A stretch of DNA of 64,000 nt from an uncultured cyanobacterium (lineage in GTDB: Bacteria; Cyanobacteriota; Cyanobacteriia; Cyanobacteriales; Cyanobacteriaceae): positions 608,001 through 672,000 of the forward strand of contig CAVVOP010000021.1 in the NCBI GenBank assembly GCA_963749915.1, in the 5' to 3' direction. Both the position numbers and the translations under genes were made by a program. Of the stretch, positions 42,939-53,495 are shown in pieces (position 1 is the stretch's first letter; the number at the start of each line of letters is the position of its first letter). The notes beneath the pieces were generated by a model that was not told the origin of the DNA, did not search any database, and saw only the letters and a list, made by a program, of their open reading frames with translations.

Positions 42939-43053
42939 TCCTTAACATTGCCAAACTGTAATTGAATACCTACGCGACAATCGAGACATCGCTCTCCCAA
43001 TTCATGCCATAAAAAGGTCAAGGCTTTTATCCCCGTACAATGATTCGCCCCCC
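42939..43053 (-). pseudogene. C-terminal remnant of an MBL-fold metallo-hydrolase
   Basis: ANHCTG..L..LGER...RVG..LQF. Confidence 0.45.
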
Positions 43054-43156
43054 TGAAGGGGTGACAACAAGCTTTAACACTAGAGTACATAGTACTTTCC
43101 AGTAAGCTTTATGAGACTTATCAGTGTTACTTGAGGCTAATAAGAAATCATCGCTA

Positions 43157-43396
43157 CTACCAAACGGGATCGGAATATAGATTAATAATAAATTCGGAGG
43201 TGTTAGAAGGAACAGAACTAATACACGCACAAATAAGACTACCGTCCTCCAGTTCAACCTCACAGGCATGACATGAACCCATGACACAACCGGTAGGAAT
43301 AAAGATGCCCCCTCGTTTCGCAACTTCTAATAAAGGTTCCCCCACTTCTGCCATTACCGTCACATCATCGGGTAAAAATTTTACTTTAACACTCAT
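43157..43396 (-). CDS. 2Fe-2S ferredoxin-like protein
   Basis: IPTGCVMGSCHAC..CACI. Confidence 0.88.
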   Translation of the reverse strand: MSVKVKFLPDDVTVMAEVGEPLLEVAKRGGIFIPTGCVMGSCHACEVELEDGSLICACISSVPSNTSEFIINLYSDPVW

Positions 43397-43534
43397 AAAC
43401 TACTTATCCAAGTTTGTTCGGAACAATTTTATTTAGGGATTGCTGAAAAAATTTCGTCGTCAAAATAAACAATCGTTCATTTTCTATTTGTCAATAGTTT
43501 TATCCTGATTAATCTATTTCTAATTACTATTCAT

Positions 43535-44305
43535 TTACCCTAGGGCAGAATCACCAAAATTAAGGGGAATATCCTGTAATCTACCGTCACCAATGGCTTG
43601 TATTGCCTCTTTTAAATCTACTTTACCAGTGTATAAAGCCTTACCGACAATTACCCCATTAACTCCGAAAGATTCTAAAGATAATAAGCTCAGTAAATCT
43701 GTCAATGAACTAATACCACCAGAAGCGATAACCGGAACATGGCTAACTTGGGCTAATTCTCTTAAGGCCTCTAAATTAGGACCGAATAAGGTGCCATCTC
43801 GACTAATATCTGTATAAATAATAGCAGCGGCCTTGTCAGAAATTTGTTGGGCTAAATCTGTTGCTTCGACGGTGGAAGTTTCTAACCATCCTTTAGTAGC
43901 AACTTTCCCATCACGAGCATCAATTCCCACGGCTATTTGATGGGGAAAAGTTTCGCATAACTCTAGTAATAACTCTGGATTTTCTACCGCCACAGTACCA
44001 ACGATCGCTCTTTCCACTCCCAAATTAAAGAGACGTTCAATGGAAATACGATCTCGCAACCCTCCACCTACTTGTACGGGAATAATTAAAGTTTGAACAA
44101 TAGCTTCAATGACATCTAAATTAATGGTTGTACCCTCTTTAGCACCATCTAAATCCACCAAATGTAAACGAGTCGCCCCTTGAGATTCCCATTGTAAAGC
44201 CACTTCAAGGGGATTCTCATTAAAAACTTGAGATTGTTGATAATCACCTTGATATAATCTGACGCAACGCCCTGCTAATAAGTCAATGGCGGGTATAACT
44301 TCCAT
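43535..44305 (-). CDS. hisA: ProFAR isomerase
   Basis: [33 protein letters not shown] and ASGG motifs. Confidence 0.96.
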   Translation of the reverse strand: MEVIPAIDLLAGRCVRLYQGDYQQSQVFNENPLEVALQWESQGATRLHLVDLDGAKEGTTINLDVIEAIVQTLIIPVQVGGGLRDRISIERLFNLGVERAIVGTVAVENPELLLELCETFPHQIAVGIDARDGKVATKGWLETSTVEATDLAQQISDKAAAIIYTDISRDGTLFGPNLEALRELAQVSHVPVIASGGISSLTDLLSLLSLESFGVNGVIVGKALYTGKVDLKEAIQAIGDGRLQDIPLNFGDSALG

Positions 44306-44440
44306 AAAATTTGATCATAAACTAAGACAAGCCCAATTATACCATATATATATTTTGAAGTTTTTAGCCATTTTTCCACCAGTTTCTTTAGTGTGTAAGA
44401 GACCTCTTGTTAAAAACCCTGGCTTCAAATAAACTTAAAC

Positions 44441-45592
44441 TTATTTTTTGATCTCTTTAAGATTACGAATATCCCCCTGATAACCAAATACGTTTAAAAT
44501 AAGTGCTGCTTCTTCATAGGTCACGGGTTTCTGAGGTTGAAAGAGGGTCGTATAACTAAATGTTCGTCTGACATTAGAATCTTCTCCATTTTGCCAATCT
44601 ATATACAATTTTTGCCATGCTTGAGGTTTAATTTTAGCGGCATCTTGAAAACCCCATGTTTCTTTTATGGTATCAAGAGTGGCATTAGGTAATTTTTGTC
44701 GAAAATCTAAAGGCACTTTCCATGCAATTAAATCTTCTCTGGTTAAGGGTTTATCAGGCATAAAAGTGATGGCATTGGTATCTTGAGTTAAAGCAGAAGG
44801 AATTAAACCAGCTTCAGCTAAACCTTGAATAATGGCAAAATCAGGATCATTTTGAGGAATATCCGTAAAAACTGGCTTACTATCAGGATTAGCAAGGCGA
44901 ATTAATTTGCTATTTACGTCAGCATAGATGAGATTATTAATTTTAACTAACCAACGGGCATATTCTCTGCGAGTAATAATCTGATGGGGGTTTAACTTTT
45001 CTGTGGTGGGAAGAATCTGTAATCTTACTAATTCATCAAGGCTAGAAGAAGATTTATTGATGTTTGTTGTTGGGGGTAAAGTGACAGTATTTTCAGTCTT
45101 TGGAGAAGTTATAGGGGTTGGATTTTGGCTAGCAATTTCGTAGGTTAGAGAAAATTCTGTTTTGCCATTACTAGGGGTAACAGATAGTTTTAAGGATTGA
45201 TTTTGTTCTGGTTTTGAGGCTATAATTAAATTATCTTCAGACTGGGAAATATTCCATTTTTTAGCAGTCAATTCCTGCTTATAATATTCCACGATTAGGT
45301 TTAAAGGATCAACTGATGTCCAAATAGTTTGTTTTCCATCCACCGTAATCAATTTGGCTTGACTGTAAATGGGTATATCCGAAGGAAAATCATCGGGTAA
45401 TTTTACCGAATTACTACTAGTGTCAGGGTTATCAACAGGATTTTGTGTTTGGGTAGCAACATTAGTGGATGAGTTGCCATTAGACTTAAGTTCAGGATTG
45501 GGAGCAAAACGGGATTCTAAGGCTTGATTACCACTACAACCATTAACGAAAACTATTAAAAATGCAAATAATATATAACGAAATAAAATCAT
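44441..45592 (-). CDS. S-layer homology (SLH) domain lipoprotein
   Basis: Lipobox VNGC; ITRREYARWL, FTDIP, PLTRE and FQPQKPVT SLH motifs. Confidence 0.85.
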   Translation of the reverse strand: MILFRYILFAFLIVFVNGCSGNQALESRFAPNPELKSNGNSSTNVATQTQNPVDNPDTSSNSVKLPDDFPSDIPIYSQAKLITVDGKQTIWTSVDPLNLIVEYYKQELTAKKWNISQSEDNLIIASKPEQNQSLKLSVTPSNGKTEFSLTYEIASQNPTPITSPKTENTVTLPPTTNINKSSSSLDELVRLQILPTTEKLNPHQIITRREYARWLVKINNLIYADVNSKLIRLANPDSKPVFTDIPQNDPDFAIIQGLAEAGLIPSALTQDTNAITFMPDKPLTREDLIAWKVPLDFRQKLPNATLDTIKETWGFQDAAKIKPQAWQKLYIDWQNGEDSNVRRTFSYTTLFQPQKPVTYEEAALILNVFGYQGDIRNLKEIKK

Positions 45593-45899
45593 CTAAATTT
45601 GTTTTAATTACGATCAACAGTTAACATAACCACATTTTCACCTCAACTATTGCTTAATATCAAGGGTGGATATTTACCTATTACCTACTGTTTATCGTCA
45701 ATGGTTCAAGCATTGCGTACATTATATCATGGATTGTTTGAAAATTTTATGATGATTTAAAAATAAACAAATTTTTCAACAAGACAAAGAAAAAACAAAA
45801 AATCTGAGCTAAAGTATAGTTAAAAGTTACATTGGAAGTGACGACTTTAAATCTTTTTTTTTGACTCTTGCTCCAACTTTAATCTTAAATTAGCATAAG

Positions 45900-46733
45900 A
45901 TGACTTTACTACATCTATCCTTTGATAAAATTTTAGGTAGTTTTTTTACTGCTTTAATTGCAGAAGGTTTAACTAATAATGGAGATAAAAATATCGTTAT
46001 GTTAGGCAATAACTATTATCCCTTAACTATTGTTTTTGATATCTTAAAAAGTTTAACTGATGATGTAATAATCGATGAACAATTGTTAGTGAGTCAATTT
46101 AAAAATTTAAGTGCAACTGAAATTTCGATCGCCCTTTTCCCCTCAATTATTTATAATTATCAAAGCCCCGAAAAATTGGCGCAACAATTAGCCATAATTA
46201 GTGAGAATGGTTGCTACTCAAAAGTTAGCGAAGATGGTGTCATAGTCTTTATAATTATAGTTAACCTTATACTTAGCAAGCAGTTAGAATTGAAGCAGAT
46301 AACCCCTCAGATAATGCCTTACTTAGAAGATAAAAAACAAGAAACAATTAACCACCTTCAATTAATAGATAAAATGATAATAGATAAGCACTTACTAACG
46401 GAAGTTGACTGTATATTTAGGCAAAAATTTAGAAAAGATTTTCAAGGAATTTATCAGGGCTTATATTCTTTTTTTTCTTACCCATCTAATTTCGAAAATT
46501 CTCTACTAAGAAGCACTTATTTTTCTCAAGAATCTCAATCAACAGCTATTTTAACAGGATATTTATTAGGTTTATATCACGGTTATCTTAATATACCTCA
46601 TCAATGGCGATTGCACAGTTCTCCCCCATCATCGCAAATACAATTAAATCCCAAAATAAAAGAAATAGTAATATTAACTAAAAAACTTGTTGCTAATTGG
46701 CAAGGAAAAATGGACAATCAAGAAAGGAAATAA
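45900..46733 (+). CDS. Degenerate ADP-ribosylglycohydrolase-like protein
   Basis: TAILTGYLLGLYHG..IP..W C-terminal motif. Confidence 0.6.
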   Translation: MTLLHLSFDKILGSFFTALIAEGLTNNGDKNIVMLGNNYYPLTIVFDILKSLTDDVIIDEQLLVSQFKNLSATEISIALFPSIIYNYQSPEKLAQQLAIISENGCYSKVSEDGVIVFIIIVNLILSKQLELKQITPQIMPYLEDKKQETINHLQLIDKMIIDKHLLTEVDCIFRQKFRKDFQGIYQGLYSFFSYPSNFENSLLRSTYFSQESQSTAILTGYLLGLYHGYLNIPHQWRLHSSPPSSQIQLNPKIKEIVILTKKLVANWQGKMDNQERK

Positions 46734-46748
46734 ACAAAAAAATTGACA

Positions 46749-47129
46749 ATGAGAGCGAATTTATCATTAACAGAATTAGACAACGAACTATCGAAAAGAG
46801 GTATACCGTTAGATCCTAAAGGCTACTTTATTATATATTTAAACCGAAAAGATGGATTAATCTGTGCAGATCATTACACAAACACCATTAATGATCGAGG
46901 ATTAGCCGTTGACCCAGATACCGGGGAAGTGATCGCCTGTAAAGGTAGTAAACCGAGAACACCAACTCAAACTTTTACGGGTAGGACAGCGAAAGAAATT
47001 TGTGTTAACTTGCTAGAAAAAACCCAATCTACTCCTTTGAGTCTGTTAGATCATGCCGCTTATTTAGGTAGGGAATTTATGCGTGCAGAATTCGCCTTAA
47101 AAACTGGTGAGGAATATACTCAGGACTAG
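46749..47129 (+). CDS. DUF4346 domain protein
   Basis: LDPKGYFII, GRTAKE and LDHAAYLGRE..Y.QD motifs. Confidence 0.88.
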   Translation: MRANLSLTELDNELSKRGIPLDPKGYFIIYLNRKDGLICADHYTNTINDRGLAVDPDTGEVIACKGSKPRTPTQTFTGRTAKEICVNLLEKTQSTPLSLLDHAAYLGREFMRAEFALKTGEEYTQD

Positions 47130-47255
47130 ATTTTTAGAAAAATCGAGATAAAAGGAAACAAAACAAAAGTAAAAGTTTCAATATTTAAGAATTAATTTTT
47201 AAGGTTTACCTCACCATATATAAATGTACAAATCCAACAAAATTATTACCGATTG

Positions 47256-47519
47256 ATGATTAAAAAGTTACTAATCTTTCTCATCACCTGTTACCGTCAT
47301 TTGATATCTCCTCTATTTCCCCCTAGTTGTCGATTTCAGCCTACTTGTTCAGAATACGCCTTAACGGCGATCGCACATTATGGCACAGTAAAAGGCGGTT
47401 GTTTAGCCACAAAAAGAATTTGTCGTTGTCACCCCTTCCATCCCGGCGGTTACGACCCTGTTCCTTCTTTGTCAGATAGATTCATGTCAATTTCTGATTC
47501 AGGAGAAATAAATAAATAA
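47256..47519 (+). CDS. yidD: Membrane protein insertion efficiency factor
   Basis: [13 protein letters not shown] and [17 protein letters not shown] motifs. Confidence 0.95.
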   Translation: MIKKLLIFLITCYRHLISPLFPPSCRFQPTCSEYALTAIAHYGTVKGGCLATKRICRCHPFHPGGYDPVPSLSDRFMSISDSGEINK

Positions 47520-47582
47520 ATTAAAAGTTAGTAGATCACTAACTCAAATATTAATGGTCAATTGTTAATCGTCAATTATCAA

Positions 47583-49166
47583 TTATTTTCTAAACATTTT
47601 AAGCATTCTCTGGGTAACTAAAAATCCTCCAGAAATGTTAATTGTGCCGACTAAAATGGCGATCGCACCTAGTATAGTCGTAGGAGAAGTTAATTCACCA
47701 GAAATCTGCAACATCCCACCGATGATAATAATTCCACTGATGGCGTTAGTCACACTCATCAGGGGCGTATGTAAAGCAGGGGTGACATTCCAAATCACTT
47801 GCCAACCGACAAACACGGCCAGAATAAAGACAGTAAAATGAGACAGAAAGGAAGAAGGCGCACTAATGCCGATACCAACTAAAGCTAAAACCGCCAAAAT
47901 TGCCCACAATAAATCGCTATTACTTTTCTTCTCTTTCTTACCCTCAGAAGTAACAATTTTTGCTTCCGGTTTAACAGTAGTTGTCGGGGAAGGTTGAGCA
48001 ATTTTTGGAGGAGGAAAAGTCACATCTCCTTGATAGGTTACTAAAGCACCTCTAATTACCTCATCCTCAAGATTAACGGTGTAGTTATCATTACCCCCCA
48101 TATCCTTAAGTAAATGCCATAAATTAGTACCGTAAAGCTGACTAGACTGACTTGCCATGCGACTAGGTAAATCCGTTAAGCCAATAATAGTTACACCTTC
48201 ATATTGATAAACCTCGTTAGGTTTTGTAACCTCACAGTTACCCCCTTGTTCGGCGGCTAAGTCGACGATAACAGAACCTTGACGCATACTACGCACCATC
48301 GGCTCGGTAATTAGTTTCGGTGCTGGTTTACCCGGAATTAAGGCGGTAGTAATAATAATATCAACTTCTTCCGCTTGTTCGGCAAATAAAGCCATTTCCG
48401 CCTCGATAAATTCCTTACTCATGATTTTAGCGTAACCGCCTTCCCCTGAGCCATCTTCAGCAAATTCTAACTCTAAAAATTCCCCTCCCAAACTCTCGAT
48501 TTGCTCTTTTACTACCAATCTAGTATCAAAAGCCCTTACAATTGCCCCTAAACTTTTGGCTGTGCCAATGGCGGATAAACCTGCTACCCCGGCACCGATT
48601 ACTAAAACCTTCGCAGGAGGCACTTTTCCCGCTGCCGTAATTTGCCCTGTAAAAAACCTTCCAAAGTTATTGGCCGCTTCGATTACAGCCCGGTAACCGG
48701 CTATATTTGCCATACTGGATAAGGCATCTAATTTTTGCGCCCGACTGATACGAGGCACTGCATCCATAGCGAATACTGTCGCTTTTTTCTGGCTTAATTC
48801 TGCTAGTAATTCCGTATTTTGGGAAGGGTAAATAAAGCTAATAAGGGTTTTACCTTCGCTTAAAAGGTTAACTTCTTCGGGTTGAGGGGGGCGCACTTTG
48901 AGGATAATATCCCCTTCCTGCCATAATTCTTCTCTATTGTGAATGATTTTACATCCTATTTGCTCGTAAGCTCCATCGCCAAAACTAGCTTTTTTGCCTG
49001 CATTAGATTCTATTAACACAGTGAAACCCAGTTTTTGCAATTTTGTGGCTGTATCTGGGGTAGCAGAAACTCGACATTCGTTGGCATAAATTTCTCTAGG
49101 AATCGCTATTTTTAAGGACTTTTGTTGAGAATCAATTTTTTTCTCATTGGTGAGAGTTGCTGTCAT
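47583..49166 (-). CDS. pntA: NAD(P) transhydrogenase subunit alpha
   Basis: RISRAQ, GAGVAGL, TALIPG and HTPLMSVTNAISG motifs. Confidence 0.96.
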   Translation of the reverse strand: MTATLTNEKKIDSQQKSLKIAIPREIYANECRVSATPDTATKLQKLGFTVLIESNAGKKASFGDGAYEQIGCKIIHNREELWQEGDIILKVRPPQPEEVNLLSEGKTLISFIYPSQNTELLAELSQKKATVFAMDAVPRISRAQKLDALSSMANIAGYRAVIEAANNFGRFFTGQITAAGKVPPAKVLVIGAGVAGLSAIGTAKSLGAIVRAFDTRLVVKEQIESLGGEFLELEFAEDGSGEGGYAKIMSKEFIEAEMALFAEQAEEVDIIITTALIPGKPAPKLITEPMVRSMRQGSVIVDLAAEQGGNCEVTKPNEVYQYEGVTIIGLTDLPSRMASQSSQLYGTNLWHLLKDMGGNDNYTVNLEDEVIRGALVTYQGDVTFPPPKIAQPSPTTTVKPEAKIVTSEGKKEKKSNSDLLWAILAVLALVGIGISAPSSFLSHFTVFILAVFVGWQVIWNVTPALHTPLMSVTNAISGIIIIGGMLQISGELTSPTTILGAIAILVGTINISGGFLVTQRMLKMFRK

Positions 49167-49468
49167 AAGTTATTTTTCTTTAAGTTTCTATATCTTGACA
49201 TGGTAAAGCCATTATCAAATTTTGGCAGTTAATTTAAACTTCTCTTAGTAATGAAGGGCTTTTTTTAACAATTCTTTACCTTAAGTTTTTGATTTATTGT
49301 GGACCGTAAGGCCTCTAACATTCTATGTAGACTTGCAACAAAGGTTCTGTCAAAAATACTTGTGCATCAGCCCGATTTATTTTGCAACCTATAATCGATT
49401 AGGCACTTCTAGCATTTGAGTACAAGCTTAATAGCACCAGCAACTTAGAAATGACCATCTTCTAAAAT

Positions 49469-49563
49469 TAAGTAAGTGGGACAAATCAAAGATAAAATGA
49501 CTGCGCCTGAACCCCTTGCAGTGCATGAAAAGTCTCCTCGGTTTAATTCCCCCTACCTACTTA
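49469..49563. mobile_element. Small MITE-like element
   Basis: Imperfect terminal IR TAAGTAAGTGGG ... CCCTACCTACTTA. Confidence 0.5.
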
Positions 49564-49595
49564 AAATATCGTGATTATTTGGAGGTTTTGATCGG

Positions 49596-49850
49596 ATGAC
49601 GGAGAAATTGGTAGCGTAGTGTGGATAACTCCCCATGCAGGAAGGGCGTTGCGGTGGATGGTCTTTCGTTTCGGTGGAGGGTAGTCTACTGGCTGAAAGA
49701 CCTTACGAATGGCATGTGGGAGCGGCAAGTACACGGAATCAACTGCTGACCACTATTGAGACTAATCCAGATAAGGCGGTTAAAGCCTATCAAACGGGAA
49801 ATTTAGTCGGAGGCTTGCCCCATAAAGATCAGCCTTGTCTTCATCATTAA
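49596..49850 (+). pseudogene. Decayed NifB/NifX-family (FeMo-co binding domain) gene
   Basis: GGAGG RBS and ATG; ITPHAGR..W.VF and T.ETNPDKAVKAY..GNL in different frames. Confidence 0.45.
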
Positions 49851-49894
49851 ATTGGATATACTTTGAACGGGTGAAAAATGGACTTTTTTTGATG

Positions 49895-50065
49895 TTATTT
49901 AGAGTATCTTTTCAGAGCTTCAGCTTTTTGCAGACGTCTGGGGCAAGTCAGGAAATCCTTATTGAGACATTCCTCCTTTAGACAGTCAAATTCACAAGCC
50001 GCAATATCTGCAGGAACTTCAGTAGCAAAAAAAATACGGATTTTTTCAAAAAGTAAGCGAATCAT
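49895..50065 (-). CDS. Small Cys-rich hypothetical protein
   Basis: EVPADIAACEFDC..EC..CPRRL. Confidence 0.6.
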   Translation of the reverse strand: MIRLLFEKIRIFFATEVPADIAACEFDCLKEECLNKDFLTCPRRLQKAEALKRYSK

Positions 50066-50374
50066 TAGCTTTACCCCCAACTTTCTATCTACTTATCTTA
50101 TTGGCATTATATCCAGAAACTTTTCGAATATGACCTAAAGCTTCGTAAAATTATACATGGGGATCTACTCCCGCATCTTCCATCCATTGGGCAGCAATGT
50201 CAACTCCTTCGATTATTAGGTTTAGTTGATAAGCGTGGATGTTTCTAAGAAGTAATAAATAATTAACTATCAATTATCAACTGTCAACTATTCGCTACCA
50301 TGACTTGGTATGATTTATTAATTATTATTTAATATTTCTTAAGGTTCATATTTCAATTTATTCTAATTAACACC

Positions 50375-52390
50375 ATGATTGACGGTAAAATAGTAAGTTT
50401 AGGTAAAGGAATTCAAAAATTACTACTTTTAGGGGTTGTTCTTTCCTCTCCTACGGTTGGCGCCCAAAATATTCCTTCTGCATCAGATCTTAGGCCAAAG
50501 CCCATCTCTTTTCCATCGGTTAGGACAGGGAAATCTCGCCCTATCCAAGCCCCTTTACCTTTAAATAGTTCTTCTCAAAAAGAGATTGAGCAAATGGTGC
50601 GAGAATTGGAAGATTTAATCCATCGAGTCGAAAGTACTTTAATTACTGCGGAGGCAAAACAACTTCAATATAGTGAGCCTATGACTACCGTTGCTGATTA
50701 TCTCCTCAAAAATCCCCCTAAATCTAATATCTACAACAAAGAAAATAAAAGTAATCAGCATTTTAGTAATAACAAAGCCTCTGAAGCTATCGCCAATGCC
50801 CGACAAGTAGTTCAGGATTTTCCCATTTTAGCTTTACGAAATTATAGTCAAGCCCGACAAACATGGTTGGATGCCCGTCGTAGTTTATGGGATCATTACC
50901 CTATCGATCGCCATTTTGCCCAACCAGAAGTAAGGGCTATGTGGTTAGATCGAGGTACTATTGTCAAAGCTAGGTCAAAACAAGATCTAGCACCTTTATT
51001 TGATCGCATGGCGGAGGCAGGAATTAATACGGTATTTTTTGAGACCGTTAATTCTAGTTACACTATTTATCCTAGTAGGGTAGCCCCTGAACAAAACCCC
51101 ATGACCAGGGGATGGGATCCTCTTCAGGCCTCCATTGAATTAGCCCATGAAAGGGGCATGGAGTTACACGCTTGGACATGGATTTTCGCCGCTGCCAATC
51201 AAGGTCATAATCGTATTTTAGGACAACCAGAAAATTATTCAGGACCTGTTTTGTCTCGTAATCCTAGTTGGGTGTTAAAAGATCAAAATGGTAAGGGGTT
51301 TAATCGTACTCCGGGATTTAAAAAAGCGTTTTTAGATCCAGCAAATCCCCAAGTTAGACGTTACTTATTGGCTTTATTAGAAGAAATTGCCACTAATTAT
51401 GATGTGGATGGTATTCAACTAGACTATATTCGCTATCCTTTTCAAGATTCAACAACCAAGCAACATTTTGGTTATACAGATGTTAGTCGGGAATTATTTA
51501 AAAAAACTTACGGTGTTGACCCGAAAAAGATTAAACCTTCTTCTCCTGCTTGGGCGCAATGGACTGGTTTTCGGATTCGGCAAATCACTAGCTTTGTGTC
51601 CGAAAGTTCACGAAGACTTAAAGCTAAACGTCCTGATTTAGTTATCTCTGCGGCGGTATTTCCCATGGAACGTCGTCAGCGTTTATTGACTTTACAACAA
51701 CATTGGGAAGATTGGATTTATAATGGTTCGGTCGATATGATGGTATTGATGACTTATGCGTTAAATACAGGCAGTTTTGAAGATCGCACGGCATCACTAT
51801 CTGAATTTTCGGCTAAAAATCCTAGTTTAATTATTCCGGGCATTCGCTTGTTAAATGTACCTAATGCGGAAGCCTTTGATCAAATACAATCAGTTCGCAA
51901 TATGCCTTCTGGGGGTTTTGCCTTATTCGCCGCCGAAAATTTTAATACCGGCTTAGGGACAATGTTCAAACAAACCCAGGGTAATCCGTCAGAAATATTA
52001 GAACCTTTACCCCATCGTCAACCATTTCAAACTGCCGTCGCCCGTTATCAGGCTTTACAAACAGAATGGAATTTTATGTTATTAAATCGTCAAATGACCA
52101 TTGATCCTCGTTCTCTCAAGGAATGGTCTCAACGGGCAGATCAACTAGGCGATCGCCTCAAAACATTAGCGGAAAATCCCACCACTAATAATTTAATAGT
52201 CGCCCAAAAAGAATTATCTTCCTTAAGAGGGAAATTATCAAGCTACTTAGGGAAATATAAACAACAACAACCCTTACAACTAGATACATGGACGAATCGA
52301 CTGATCACCCTAGAAAATTTACTAGAATACGGAGAAAGAACTGTTATTACCAACCAACTCCAAAATAATAGTATTTCCACTATCAAGTAA
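50375..52390 (+). CDS. Glycoside hydrolase-like protein (GHL10/DUF187)
   Basis: EVRAMWLD, WDPL, MELHAW and YDVDGIQLDYIRYP motifs. Confidence 0.88.
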   Translation: MIDGKIVSLGKGIQKLLLLGVVLSSPTVGAQNIPSASDLRPKPISFPSVRTGKSRPIQAPLPLNSSSQKEIEQMVRELEDLIHRVESTLITAEAKQLQYSEPMTTVADYLLKNPPKSNIYNKENKSNQHFSNNKASEAIANARQVVQDFPILALRNYSQARQTWLDARRSLWDHYPIDRHFAQPEVRAMWLDRGTIVKARSKQDLAPLFDRMAEAGINTVFFETVNSSYTIYPSRVAPEQNPMTRGWDPLQASIELAHERGMELHAWTWIFAAANQGHNRILGQPENYSGPVLSRNPSWVLKDQNGKGFNRTPGFKKAFLDPANPQVRRYLLALLEEIATNYDVDGIQLDYIRYPFQDSTTKQHFGYTDVSRELFKKTYGVDPKKIKPSSPAWAQWTGFRIRQITSFVSESSRRLKAKRPDLVISAAVFPMERRQRLLTLQQHWEDWIYNGSVDMMVLMTYALNTGSFEDRTASLSEFSAKNPSLIIPGIRLLNVPNAEAFDQIQSVRNMPSGGFALFAAENFNTGLGTMFKQTQGNPSEILEPLPHRQPFQTAVARYQALQTEWNFMLLNRQMTIDPRSLKEWSQRADQLGDRLKTLAENPTTNNLIVAQKELSSLRGKLSSYLGKYKQQQPLQLDTWTNRLITLENLLEYGERTVITNQLQNNSISTIK

Positions 52391-52504
52391 AAAATGTGAG
52401 TTCGGTTTAAAGACAGGTTTTACTCATTGGTAAGTCGTTTTGTAGGGATTAATCACATGAAAGATGAATAATAAATCACTAAGATAAGCAGTACTTTTAC
52501 GATT

Positions 52505-53272
52505 ATGTTAATACAATTATATTTTTATTTAATTCTTTTTCTATCGATCGCAATCATAACCTTACATTTATTACCAAAACTGGGAGAAGCAGGAAAAACG
52601 GCTTCTGATTTTTTTTGTTGTGCCCCCGGTATTGATTTAGTACTAGTCTACTTTATGCTTATACCCATTGCTGTAGGCTCGATCATTGATGGTTGGCAAG
52701 GCGTCGGTGTGGGTTTACTCGCAGAAATTAGCACTTTATGGATTTGGATTTTTGCCCATGAATCCATACATCGAAAACCAACTACGAACATTCATGGTAC
52801 ACTTAGTCGCATAGTCGGAGGATGGCGAAATCATCTTGCCGTCTGGATTACCGCTTTAGCTATTCCCGTGTTTTGGTTCGTACGTTTTGCTCAAATCATC
52901 GTTTATCCCCCCCTAACTTGGTTGGTAAAATTACCTAAGTATGAAACTAAAGATTGGGTCAATGTTTCTCGTCAAAAATTTGAAGGTTTAATTGGCTATG
53001 ATTTGATTTGGTGTCTATATTGTGATTGGATGACAGGAGTGTGGTCACTGGGGACAGAAATGCTCCGTAATGTAGAATCTTTTTGGTGTCCTATTAGATT
53101 TTACTCTGAGAAGAAGTGTGAAAATTGTCGGATTGATTTCCCTGACGTGCAAAACGGCTGGATTTCTGCCGATGGAAATATTGAAGATGTTGCCAAACTT
53201 TTAGAGAAAAAATACACAGCTACTCAAGAGGAGAGATCTTGGTTTGGTCATTCTTGTCGTGAGGATAATTAA
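52505..53272 (+). CDS. Conserved hypothetical membrane protein with Cys motifs
   Basis: About 4 TM segments, WCLYCDW, ESFWCPI and CENC. Confidence 0.75.
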   Translation: MLIQLYFYLILFLSIAIITLHLLPKLGEAGKTASDFFCCAPGIDLVLVYFMLIPIAVGSIIDGWQGVGVGLLAEISTLWIWIFAHESIHRKPTTNIHGTLSRIVGGWRNHLAVWITALAIPVFWFVRFAQIIVYPPLTWLVKLPKYETKDWVNVSRQKFEGLIGYDLIWCLYCDWMTGVWSLGTEMLRNVESFWCPIRFYSEKKCENCRIDFPDVQNGWISADGNIEDVAKLLEKKYTATQEERSWFGHSCREDN

Positions 53273-53495
53273 TTTTTAAATGTAAAATTAACTCCCATAA
53301 AGGTTTATGAAATTTTCCTTCTGAATTTCCCTCTTCACTTCATTAGTTGTACAATACTTATCCAGTCTTCCAAGTATAGAAGAAAGAAGACGAACGTCTT
53401 CAAAAGCAGGGTATTGCCAAAAAAAATGAACTTATCGATTAATTTTATTTTAAAATTAAAATCTCGTCAGTTTTTACTTTTTAGTTGCACATCCC

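Noticed and set aside
47583..49166. pntA without an adjacent pntB
   Set aside because: Separate pntA and pntB loci are known in cyanobacteria, so this is not unusual
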